Assembly: GCF_000016745.1 (NCBI RefSeq) | Contig: NC_009483.1 | Coordinates: 2,550,001 to 2,582,000 of the forward strand | Origin: Geotalea uraniireducens Rf4 | Lineage (GTDB): Bacteria > Desulfobacterota > Desulfuromonadia > Geobacterales > Geobacteraceae | DNA: 32,000 nucleotides | Direction: 5' to 3' | Shown: piece by piece, positions 12,601 to 20,133 of the stretch | Layout: every line of letters starts with the position of its first letter | How positions within the stretch are numbered: position 1 is the first letter of the stretch | Translations under genes and position numbers: made by a program | Notes under the pieces: model-generated | Seen by the model: the letters and a program-made list of their open reading frames with translations, nothing else | Database searches by the model: none | Told to the model about the DNA's origin: nothing

Positions 12601-12781
12601 GACAGTTCTCCTCTCTTTACTCTGCTCTGTTGGGGTTGACGGGTATGGTTTCGTTTATGTTTCGAACTTTATTCAGGTGGCCTCCCATTTCTTGCCGTAA
12701 GCCTCAACATGCTATTTGGCATCTTCTGAAACCAGGTTAAATGCGGTGCATATACCTGCAATCAAACCCGGTTATACATGT

Positions 12782-12792
12782 TGGTATTACCA
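12782..12792. promoter_or_regulatory. Candidate GntR/FadR-type operator upstream of lctP
   Basis: TGGTATTACCA is a near-perfect palindrome of the GT-N-AC class (compare the LldR/PdhR consensus AATTGGTnnnACCAATT). It lies about 185 nt upstream of the lctP ATG. Confidence 0.45.
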
Positions 12793-12881
12793 TTTATCCT
12801 TTATTCCAAACAACTGTCAAGTATTTTTTCTTGCAGCACCGTCTACCCATTGACTGGCCTACATTTATTAAATACCATGTT

Positions 12882-12900
12882 TTGTAATATGGTATTACAA
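12882..12900. promoter_or_regulatory. Second candidate GntR-type operator
   Basis: TTGTAATA-tgg-TATTACAA has perfect 8-bp inverted arms and contains the same GGTATTAC core as the site at 12782. Confidence 0.4.
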
Positions 12901-13071
12901 TTTAAAAACGAGGGAGGCACCGATGCTTGATAAATTCCATATTGCAGCAGAAGCTGCAGGCGCAAACGTAAAACGGTTTCCCCTTCCACACCTCCCGCCA
13001 ATAGCAGAGACCCCTTTCCGGGACCTGGTGCGGGAACGAGGAGCGAGAGAAAAAGTAAATGTAAGCACACA

Positions 13072-13110
13072 AAAAAACGGCCGCTCCAGTTTCCCGGAAC
13101 GGCCGTTTTA
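13072..13110 (-). terminator. Rho-independent terminator after the surface-protein remnant
   Basis: Stem AAAAACGGCCG / CGGCCGTTTT flanking a 16-nt loop. T7 run on the minus strand. It lies about 30 nt past the TAG at 13137. Confidence 0.6.
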
Positions 13111-13136
13111 GCAATTTTCACCAGCTTCGCTGCGTT

Positions 13137-13748
13137 ACTACATGATCGCCAGGTTCTCCACAGTGAGCGTCCCGTCGCTGACCGTCAGCGAACCTTGCAG
13201 GGTGGTGAAGCCGGACCTGTTCGCGTAGGCGGCATCCCACCCACCTTGTATGGTCACACTCACCTGCCGATTACAGTCGAGACTTTCGACAAAACTGCCG
13301 ACTGACGTAAGAAGTAGCTGCCCATTGTCTGCAGCGGCATTGTAAGCGGTCTGGAGGCTGGCGGGTGGCGTAATGCGATAGATCCCCTCCTCAAGGAAAA
13401 TGACAGGACTAACGATCGTTGTGAGGTTCCCTGCCTGGTCCAGGAGTCTTACCCATACCTGAATCCCGTACCGCGCAGGGGGAGATCCAGGACCGGATGA
13501 CTAGCGGAGTTCAAGGTTATCCGCAAGGCGGCGCTCCGGGCGCCATCCGCTGTGGGGGAGAAAGCCACGTTGACCGTGCAGCTCCCACTGGGCGCCAAGG
13601 TCGGCGTAAGGCTGCCGCAGCTCCCCGGAGTGACGCTGAACTGTCCGGCGTCCGTTCCGGCGACAGCGATGGAGCTCACCGCCAGACACATCGCACCGGT
13701 ATTGCTGATGATGAAAGAATGAAACGCCGATGTATAATACCCGGCGGT
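13137..13748 (-). pseudogene. 5'-truncated, frameshifted remnant of a large cell-surface protein (choice-of-anchor-D / HYDIN-like Ig repeat plus C-terminal domain)
   Basis: One frame reads ...FTAGYYTSAFHSFIISNTGAMCLAVSSIAVAGTDAGQFSVTPGSCGSLTPTLAPSGSCTVNVAFSPTADGARSAALRITLNS...LPLRGTG, then stops at 13449. A second frame continues GIQVWVRLLDQAGNLTTIVSPVIF...GFTTLQGSLTVSDGTLTVENLAIM to the stop at 13137. The upstream frame is closed by a TGA at about 13750, with no start codon or signal peptide. Confidence 0.6.
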
Positions 13749-13926
13749 GAAATATTTTCAAGAAAATATAATTATACGCAACTAATCACCAATCACTGAC
13801 GGCTTGTCGGCGACCGGATGCTTTGGCGAAAAAAAGCCCGCCGATAAAGGCGGGCAATCTACAACATGGAGGTAGCTCGACTGGAATATATCAACGTTAG
13901 CTGGCAAGGCCGAAACCAAACAATTT

Positions 13927-14009
13927 TCACGCAACGGCGCAACGACGCAACGTTTAAAAACCAAGAACCAATAATTTGTTTAAAAGCCTTTCGTTGCGTC
14001 GTCGCGTGA
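13927..14009. repeat. Palindromic intergenic repeat (CGCAACG-type)
   Basis: TCACGCAACGGCGCAACGACGCAACG (13927-13952) faces CGTTGCGTCGTCGCGTGA (13992-14009) across an AT-rich loop containing two TTTAAAA motifs. It abuts the IS left end. Confidence 0.55.
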
Positions 14010-14184
14010 GTCAAGTTTCCCCCTGTGTCAGAATAGTTGTCGCCTCAGATGGGTTGTTTAGCCACGGTCTTTCGAGCTGAATTGCAACGAGCGTAGCGAG
14101 CTTGCGATTCAGCTCGAAAGACCGGGACCGGCAAAAGCCGGCGACCCGTATTTTTTCAACATCTGGGGGCAGCAAGGATCTATA

Positions 14185-14718
14185 ATGACATACACACAAG
14201 GATTCAAATCCAGCCTGGTTCGCAAGATGGCCTGCCCTAATGGCGTCTCGGCCTCAGCTCTATCCCGAGAAGTGGGAATTCCCCAACAATCACTCTCTCG
14301 CTGGCTTCGAGACGCAAATGTCGTGAATGAATCTGGTAACTCCCCAATTTCTGAAGCACCATGGAGAACAATGTCCCCAAAGCGCCCACAAGACAAGTCT
14401 GCCGAAGAAAAGCTCAAAATCGTCATCGAAGCCGAGACGGTTGCCGAAGATCAACTTGGCGCCTTCCTGCGTCGCAATGGAATTCATGAAGCACAGTTAC
14501 GCGAGTGGCGCGCCATGATGCTTTCGGGGCTGCAAAAACCGTCTCGGCCTTCCTCAAAAACATCAGAGGAAACTCGCAAAATTCATGCACTGGAAAAAGA
14601 ATTACTGCGCAAAGATAAAGCATTGGCCGAGGCCGCCGCGATTTTGATCCTCAAAAAAAAAGTCCAATCGATCTGGGGGGGCGAGGACGAGCCCACGGAC
14701 AAGAGGAACGGCAGATGA
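14185..14718 (+). CDS. IS3-family transposase OrfA (HTH DNA-binding and leucine-zipper part)
   Basis: 177 aa with an N-terminal HTH (SALSREVGIPQQSLSRWLR) and coiled-coil C-terminus (IHALEKELLRKDKALAEAAAILILKKK). AAGGA Shine-Dalgarno sequence before the ATG. Confidence 0.85.
   Translation: MTYTQGFKSSLVRKMACPNGVSASALSREVGIPQQSLSRWLRDANVVNESGNSPISEAPWRTMSPKRPQDKSAEEKLKIVIEAETVAEDQLGAFLRRNGIHEAQLREWRAMMLSGLQKPSRPSSKTSEETRKIHALEKELLRKDKALAEAAAILILKKKVQSIWGGEDEPTDKRNGR
14653..14661 (+). promoter_or_regulatory. Programmed -1 ribosomal frameshift site (A9 slippery run)
   Basis: The A9 run falls within the orfA codons CTC AAA AAA AAA GTC. The -1 frame is open from here (KKSPIDLGGRGRAHGQEERQ) into the orfB ATG at 14715, which lies in the -1 frame relative to orfA. 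Confidence 0.7.
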
Positions 14719-15740
14719 TCGGGCAACTTATTGAAGAGGCAACCCATTCCGGAGCGAGACTTGAATCGGCCGTTGTCGCCATCGGGCTGAGCATTCGCAC
14801 GTTCCAGCGTTGGAATCTCCAGGATGACGGAGCAGATCGGCGACATGGGCCAGTCGCAGAACCGGCGAACAAGCTGGCTCCGTCGGAGCGGCAGAACATC
14901 ATCGATATTGCAAACTCCCCGGCGTTTCGGGATATTTCGCCGAAACAGATCGTGCCGCAATTGGCCGATCAGGGAATATACGTGGCGTCGGAATCGAGTT
15001 TCTACCGGGTGCTCAAAGACGATGGGCTGATGACTCACCGGGAACCCTCCCGGCCCGCCACCAGCCGCAAGCCAAAAGAACATGTGGCTACCGGTCCTTG
15101 CCAGGTCTGGTCATGGGACATCACCTACTTGAAGAGCCCGATTCTTGGGCAGTTCTTTTATCTCTACATGATCATGGATGTCTGGAGCCGCAAGATCGTA
15201 GCGTCCACGGTGTTTTTAAAAGAATCCAATGACTATAGCGCCAGGCTGTTTCTGAAAGCCTGTATCAGGCTCGGCATCAATCCGGAAGGCCTGATTCTTC
15301 ACTCCGACAACGGCGGCCCGATGAAAGGGGCGACCATGCTGGCTACTCTCCAGCGCCTGGGCGTAATTCCTTCCTTCAGCAGGCCACAGGTCAGTGACGA
15401 CAACCCTTTCTCAGAAGCGCTGTTCCGAACCATGAAATATAGACCTGGTTATCCGAGTCGGCCTTTTTCAAGTCTGGCAGCGGCCCAGACTTGGGTTGAT
15501 GGTTTCGTCGCTTGGTATAACACGGAGCATCTGCACAGCGGCATTCGCTTCGTCACCCCGGACGATCGCCACTTCGGCCGGGAGAAAGCCATCCTGTTAA
15601 ACCGCCGGGAGATATACGAGAAGGCCCGGCAACAAAACCCAAACCGCTGGTCAAAAAACATCCGAAACTGGGAGCCAGTGGAAACAGTTTATCTTAACCC
15701 TGAACCAACGGCGGAAGTCGAACTTCTTGACGCCGCATAA
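14715..15740 (+). CDS. IS3-family transposase OrfB (DDE integrase core)
   Basis: 341 aa with rve/DDE signatures: WSWDITYL (first D), HSDNGGPM (second D), NPFSEALFRTMKY (E region). An ATGA overlap joins it to the orfA stop. Confidence 0.9.
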   Translation: MIGQLIEEATHSGARLESAVVAIGLSIRTFQRWNLQDDGADRRHGPVAEPANKLAPSERQNIIDIANSPAFRDISPKQIVPQLADQGIYVASESSFYRVLKDDGLMTHREPSRPATSRKPKEHVATGPCQVWSWDITYLKSPILGQFFYLYMIMDVWSRKIVASTVFLKESNDYSARLFLKACIRLGINPEGLILHSDNGGPMKGATMLATLQRLGVIPSFSRPQVSDDNPFSEALFRTMKYRPGYPSRPFSSLAAAQTWVDGFVAWYNTEHLHSGIRFVTPDDRHFGREKAILLNRREIYEKARQQNPNRWSKNIRNWEPVETVYLNPEPTAEVELLDAA

Positions 15741-15807
15741 AAATTCAACAGAGGCGACAACTACCTTGACACCCGCCGGTTTTGCTTTAACATTTTGCTC
15801 TTGAATA

Positions 15808-16779
15808 TCACGGTTTCCACAGGTACATGAAACCCGCGTCCGACAGCATTTCCAGGCCGTCCCCGTTGATGCTGATGAGACTGAGGGCTTGGTTGGCTGC
15901 GTCCGCTTCGCCCGAATAGATGGTCCCCCGGTAGCTGCCGGGCCGATAATAGCTGATGACCCTCGCCTGCTCGATGTTGCCGGCCTTTTTCACTGCGGAC
16001 ACGGTATCGTCCAGGTAGCCGATCCGGTCAATGAGCTTCGCCTGCAATGCCTGCTCTGCCGTATAGATGCGCCCGTCAGCCAGGATTTCCAGCTCTTTGC
16101 GCTCCAGTTTATTGCCTGGCCTTGCCTGGACCACATCCACAAAACGGCCGAAGAGCCGGTTGATGACATCCTGGATGATCTTTTCCTCTTCAGGCGTGGC
16201 CGGCCTGAACGGCGAGAGCATATCCTTCTTGTCGCCCGACTTGACGGTATGTTCGCTGACGCCGATCTTGGTCAGAAGCCCCTCCACCTCGAAGCGCATC
16301 AGCAACACGCCGATGCTTCCCGTGACAGCAGTGGGATGGGCGCTGATTTCATCGGCAGCAGTCGCCACGTAGTACCCCCCCGATGCGCCGATACCCATGA
16401 TGCAGGCGTAGACCGGCACTTTCTTGCGCGCTTTGAAGGCAAGTAACTCATGGTGGATGATGTCGCTGGCGGTCACCGTGCCGCCGGGCGAGTTAATCCT
16501 GACGATGACCCCGGCGATGTCGTCGTCCTTTTCCGCCTTTTGCAACGCCTCCTTGACCTCTGCCACCATTGACGGTTTTTGCTTCAGCCGTCCACCCTTC
16601 TCCTTCTCGGTGATGATCCCGCTTATGTCGAGCAGGAGCAGCTTTGGCTTCCCCTCCCCTTCAATGACCGTTTCCCGAAGAGGACTGACCGGGTGCATCA
16701 ATCCCACGTTGAAAAGTGTGCAGCCGTTCAGAAGGAGAGCAAGGAGAACCATCCCCAACCAAAGTGAGTTTCTTGCCAT
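15808..16779 (-). CDS. sppA: Signal peptide peptidase SppA, 36K type
   Basis: N-terminal membrane anchor, ClpP/crotonase-fold motifs (RINSPGGTVTASD, GASGGYYVA). The start is placed at the ATG at 16779, preceded by GGAGGGA; the track start at 16794 overlaps that Shine-Dalgarno sequence. Confidence 0.9.
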   Translation of the reverse strand: MARNSLWLGMVLLALLLNGCTLFNVGLMHPVSPLRETVIEGEGKPKLLLLDISGIITEKEKGGRLKQKPSMVAEVKEALQKAEKDDDIAGVIVRINSPGGTVTASDIIHHELLAFKARKKVPVYACIMGIGASGGYYVATAADEISAHPTAVTGSIGVLLMRFEVEGLLTKIGVSEHTVKSGDKKDMLSPFRPATPEEEKIIQDVINRLFGRFVDVVQARPGNKLERKELEILADGRIYTAEQALQAKLIDRIGYLDDTVSAVKKAGNIEQARVISYYRPGSYRGTIYSGEADAANQALSLISINGDGLEMLSDAGFMYLWKP

Positions 16780-16864
16780 ATACGTTCCCTCCATCTATCA
16801 GGTTTTGAACTGCGCTTATCAGGTCGTATCCCATGTTCTCCGCACTGACGGGCTTTCACTTTCG

Positions 16865-17311
16865 TTATCCCCGTTCCATCTCCTCCGCCCTCGCCTTCAG
16901 AAACTGCAACTCATTCTCAATGTCGGCGACAAGCTCAGCTTCTGTCGACACAAGTCCTTCCACTTTGAACGATTTCCGCTCCAGCTCAACGGCAATCTGC
17001 AGGTCGACCGGTGCCATGGGGTTCTGCACCGAGGTGGGCACCAGCCGGGTAATGAGTCGCCCCTCGTAAATGGGGTGCTCCAGCAACTCATGGGTAACGC
17101 GGTTTTCATTTTCCTCAGGAAGAATCCTCTCCCGCACGCGCTTCCCTTCCCACAGCATCTCCCTGACTACCCCCCCGGCTGAACGCTCCACGATCCGCGC
17201 CGACTCCACGCCATGCAGATAATTCTGCGGGTTCTCCACCCGGTCCATGAGTATCTTCCAGATCGTAGCCGGCTGGGCGTGCACCAGGGTTTGAAATGTG
17301 TTGATCAGCAT
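16865..17311 (-). CDS. SRPBCC/START-like superfamily protein (function unknown)
   Basis: 148-aa ORF with a good Shine-Dalgarno sequence (GGAGGTG). The fold assignment rests only on size and general resemblance to AtaL/DUF1857-type SRPBCC proteins, so it is weak. Confidence 0.5.
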   Translation of the reverse strand: MLINTFQTLVHAQPATIWKILMDRVENPQNYLHGVESARIVERSAGGVVREMLWEGKRVRERILPEENENRVTHELLEHPIYEGRLITRLVPTSVQNPMAPVDLQIAVELERKSFKVEGLVSTEAELVADIENELQFLKARAEEMERG

Positions 17312-17489
17312 CTGTCACCTCCACGGCAAAGATTTAAACACGCTAACAATAATACCATTGTTTTGAACTTTTTCGCTGCCAGGAGTCTGTCGGACTTAGG
17401 GAATCGTAGTAAATGGTTTATGTGGTGCGGAAGGGGATGAAAACATGGCCCGGGAGACGGGCCATGTCAGGATTACGCGTCTCGGCGGA

Positions 17490-17969
17490 TCAGTTCACTG
17501 TGATATCGAGGCTCCCTTCCCACAGGCCATGGAGGTTGCACTGCTGTTTCGCCACCAGGGTCACCTTACCCGACGGCACGGCTTCCTTTGGGACCACCAC
17601 GGTAAAGGCGACCTTGGGCTTGAGATACCCCTTAGGCTGCAGATCTACCCTGCCTGCCGGCTCGTTGCCGATGTTCAGTTCAATGGACCCGATCCAGTGG
17701 CTTGGCCCCATGACGTGGAGGGTCTCGCCGACCGCTACCTCGACGGTGAACGGCTCCCCGGCCTTCACCGTCGACGGAGCGGTAAGCACCGGCGCATGCG
17801 ATTTCTCCAGTCCGCTCTTTTTGGCTGGGTCCTTCGCCCGGTTGATCCCTGCGAAAAGCGACTGGTCCACCTGGGCAGGGAAATAATATTCGGCCGCAAA
17901 GGCCGTCCCGGCAAACCCCGCAGCCACGGAACCGGCGACCGCGGTTTTCAAAAATGTCCGTCTGTCCAT
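17490..17969 (-). CDS. Tat-signal-bearing superoxide reductase-like protein (desulfoferrodoxin ferrous-iron-binding domain)
   Basis: Twin-arginine leader MDRRTFLKTAVAGSVAAGFAGTAFA. SOR centre-II-like ligand motifs are EKSHAPV, HVMGPSHWI and CNLHGLW. AAGGAGG Shine-Dalgarno sequence. Confidence 0.8.
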   Translation of the reverse strand: MDRRTFLKTAVAGSVAAGFAGTAFAAEYYFPAQVDQSLFAGINRAKDPAKKSGLEKSHAPVLTAPSTVKAGEPFTVEVAVGETLHVMGPSHWIGSIELNIGNEPAGRVDLQPKGYLKPKVAFTVVVPKEAVPSGKVTLVAKQQCNLHGLWEGSLDITVN

Positions 17970-18155
17970 TCTCTGCCTCCTTAGCGAAGCCGCAACTCAC
18001 AAGAGCGACGGCACGATATTGATTTCTTCAAATTCTAACGCGCGGAAGAGGTAAGTCAATACGGGTGTAATGCCCTCTTTTCCATGTCTGCGCCCACTTC
18101 ACACTTCTCTTTTCCTTTCATTTCCTATTTCCATGGAATGCGCTAATCTTGTTTC

Positions 18156-19040
18156 ATGCAGATGCTCTGGCTTCCCATAACATTGCTGTGCGCCTTTTCC
18201 CTTGCCACCAGCGACGCCCTTACCAAAAAGGCACTCGCTGCCCGGTACAACGAATATCTCGTTGCCTGGCTCCGGCTCCTCCTGATGCTCCCTCCCCTCA
18301 CCGTCCTTCTGCTGTCGACCCCAAAGCCAACCCTCGGACCGGAGTTCCTGCTGACGATTCTAATTGCCCTCCCCCTCGAACTGGTGGCTCTAATCCTCTA
18401 CATCAAGGCGCTCAAACTCTCGCCACTCGGGTTGACGGTGCCGTTCCTGGCGCTGACACCACTCTTTCTACTGGTAATACCCTACCTTCTTCTGGGGGAG
18501 CGGATCTCCTTAACCGGCGGGATCGGCGTCCTCTTCATCGCCGCGGGAAGCTATGTCCTCAACCTGAGCAGACACGGCAACGGTATTCTGTCTCCTTTCC
18601 GGGCGATCCTCAAGGAGCGAGGATCTCTCTGCATGATCGGGGTCGCCGTCCTCTACAGCTTCACCGCCACCCTGAGCAAAAAGGCGATCTCCGTCTCGTC
18701 CCCGCTCTTTTTCGCCAGCTTTTATCCGATGCTGGTTTTTCTCTGCTTGACGCCTGTGGCACTCTGGAAAGGGCGAAACGAATTGAGGTTCATGAAACAA
18801 ACGGGGATTATGCAGGCAGCCCTGTTTCCGGCGTTCTTCAGTTTTGTGGAAACCATCACCGGAGTAGTTGCCTTGAGTCTGACCAACGTTGCGTACATGA
18901 TCGCGGTAAAACGCCTGAGCCTGCTTATGGGGATACTGTACGGATACTTTCTGTTTCGGGAGGATGGTCTGGGAGAGCGTCTTGCGGGGGGAATATTGAT
19001 GATTGCGGGAGTCGCGCTGATCGTGATCGGGGGAAGATAA
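18156..19040 (+). CDS. EamA/DMT-family transporter
   Basis: 294-aa protein with about 10 hydrophobic segments and two EamA-like halves. The start is uncertain (ATG at 18156 or 18162; no clear Shine-Dalgarno sequence). Confidence 0.8.
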   Translation: MQMLWLPITLLCAFSLATSDALTKKALAARYNEYLVAWLRLLLMLPPLTVLLLSTPKPTLGPEFLLTILIALPLELVALILYIKALKLSPLGLTVPFLALTPLFLLVIPYLLLGERISLTGGIGVLFIAAGSYVLNLSRHGNGILSPFRAILKERGSLCMIGVAVLYSFTATLSKKAISVSSPLFFASFYPMLVFLCLTPVALWKGRNELRFMKQTGIMQAALFPAFFSFVETITGVVALSLTNVAYMIAVKRLSLLMGILYGYFLFREDGLGERLAGGILMIAGVALIVIGGR

Positions 19041-19061
19041 AACCGCAGCTCCCAAGGGTTC

Positions 19062-19370
19062 CTACAGGAGTTGCACCTCGCTGACCCGAACGATCAGCAT
19101 CTCCTGGCGATAGCGAGCAGCCAGTTCCTCCCGGTAGCCCCGCCACCAGTCCTGGTCCAGTTGCTCCGTCATCACTTCATAGATGACGATATCATCATGT
19201 ACCGTCGTGGTACTGGTTTCCTTCCATAACCCCTTTGCAGGAGAGCGGACATAGGTGGTAAGACCGCCGAAACGTTCCGTCAGTTCGTCCCGCACCAGTT
19301 CAAATTCATGCTGAGGAAAAGGCTTCCCCTCATTATCGTAGAGCGGCAACAGTATCTGGATAAGATGCAT
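19062..19370 (-). CDS. Hypothetical protein
   Basis: Start placed at the internal ATG (MHLIQILLPLYDNEGKPF...), preceded by GAAGGAAA. The longer track ORF (to 19493) has no Shine-Dalgarno sequence. No family recognised. Confidence 0.55.
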   Translation of the reverse strand: MHLIQILLPLYDNEGKPFPQHEFELVRDELTERFGGLTTYVRSPAKGLWKETSTTTVHDDIVIYEVMTEQLDQDWWRGYREELAARYRQEMLIVRVSEVQLL

Positions 19371-19540
19371 GATTTCCTTCTGTTCGTGCATGCAATGGGT
19401 ATGGAACATTGTACCGCATTTTGCGGAGATTTTAGTCGGATCGCCTTCCAAAAGTGAGAAATGGAACAGAAATGGCCTGCGAGTGCAGGCCATTCAATGA
19501 AAGCATGGAATTCAAACAGGTGCGAAAACCTGCCGATATT

Positions 19541-19660
19541 TCACAGGGGGCCGGTTGATTTTTTACTGAAGAGCATGATGTACGCTAAAAAAGTGATACA
19601 GAGAGCGCCGATAAAAACAGCTGCAATCTCGAGCCCAAACTTGATAGTTGAAAATTCCAT
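19541..19660 (-). CDS. Possible 39-aa single-pass membrane peptide
   Basis: MEFSTIKFGLEIAAVFIGALCITFLAYIMLFSKKSTGPL, with a strong GGAGGG Shine-Dalgarno sequence 7 nt upstream. It is too short for the ORF track. Confidence 0.4.
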   Translation of the reverse strand: MEFSTIKFGLEIAAVFIGALCITFLAYIMLFSKKSTGPL

Positions 19661-19852
19661 GGTCAATCCCTCCAAGGTGTTAGTGATTACTGCGGGTGAC
19701 CATTTAGATAACATCATCATGTTACAGGGGGATTATGGAATGGCAAGGATCTTATGACATGTCGTAAGCTTGATTATAGCAGTAGATAGACAAGAGCGTC
19801 CCACCACGAATTTATGAAATACGCATCTTCTTCGGTTTGTTTAAACAAATAT

Positions 19853-20122
19853 TTATTGTTCCGTATTCTCCAAAAAGATAACTTCGTTGCTCCCTTCCGG
19901 ATGAGGCTTTACATGGACATGCAGAAACGCCTCGTAAGAAGGATAAATACCCATTGTGCTATACGCGTCAATGCCCTTGTCCTTTACATTCAGGTCCGTC
20001 CGCCAACAGGTTACTACCTGTCCGGTGTGAAAGATTACCCCATCGAGAACTCTTCCGGTGCCGCTGATGCCCGAGGGGTCGATTTTCCTAACAAGGGTGA
20101 AAAGCTTCGGATTTGCTTCCAT
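19853..20122 (-). CDS. 89-aa protein of unknown function, last gene of the CBASS operon
   Basis: GGAAGGTG Shine-Dalgarno sequence; the start is 11 nt after the Cap5 stop. It contains the motif DPSGISGTGRVLDGVIFHTGQVVTCW. Confidence 0.7.
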   Translation of the reverse strand: MEANPKLFTLVRKIDPSGISGTGRVLDGVIFHTGQVVTCWRTDLNVKDKGIDAYSTMGIYPSYEAFLHVHVKPHPEGSNEVIFLENTEQ

Positions 20123-20133
20123 GTGTCACCTTC

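Larger units (their letters stand above)
14025..15772 (+). mobile_element. IS3-family insertion sequence (orfA/orfB with -1 frameshift)
   Basis: Terminal inverted repeats: GTGTCAGAATAGTTGTCGCCTC (14025-) versus the reverse complement of the right end, GTGTCAAGGTAGTTGTCGCCTC (-15772), 19/22 identical. Two overlapping transposase ORFs sit in the 0/-1 frame arrangement typical of IS3. I could not identify a clean target-site duplication. Confidence 0.85.

Noticed and set aside
10627-12639. Long plus-strand ORFs (10627-11691, 354 aa; 11722-12639, 305 aa) opposite lctP
   Set aside because: They are Gly/Ala/Arg/His-rich low-complexity translations with no motifs or Shine-Dalgarno sequence. They are typical shadow ORFs on the antisense strand of a GC-rich gene whose own product is a convincing LctP permease.
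12843-13121. 92-aa, 70-aa and 62-aa ORFs in the lctP upstream region
   Set aside because: They overlap each other, the candidate operators and a terminator. They have no Shine-Dalgarno sequence and show repeat-derived low-complexity sequence.
18149-19084. 311-aa plus-strand ORF overlapping the EamA transporter in another frame
   Set aside because: It is Pro/Arg-rich and non-membrane-like. The alternative frame (18156-19040) gives a clean 10-TM EamA-type protein.
19494-19852. Looked for an att-type direct repeat of the tRNA-Gly 3' end, or an integrase, at the left edge of the AT-rich island
   Set aside because: Nothing resembling TGGAGCGGGAAACGGGG or a recombinase ORF was seen. Only an AT-rich palindrome TTTGTTTAAACAAA (19836-19849) is present, and it may serve as a weak operon terminator.
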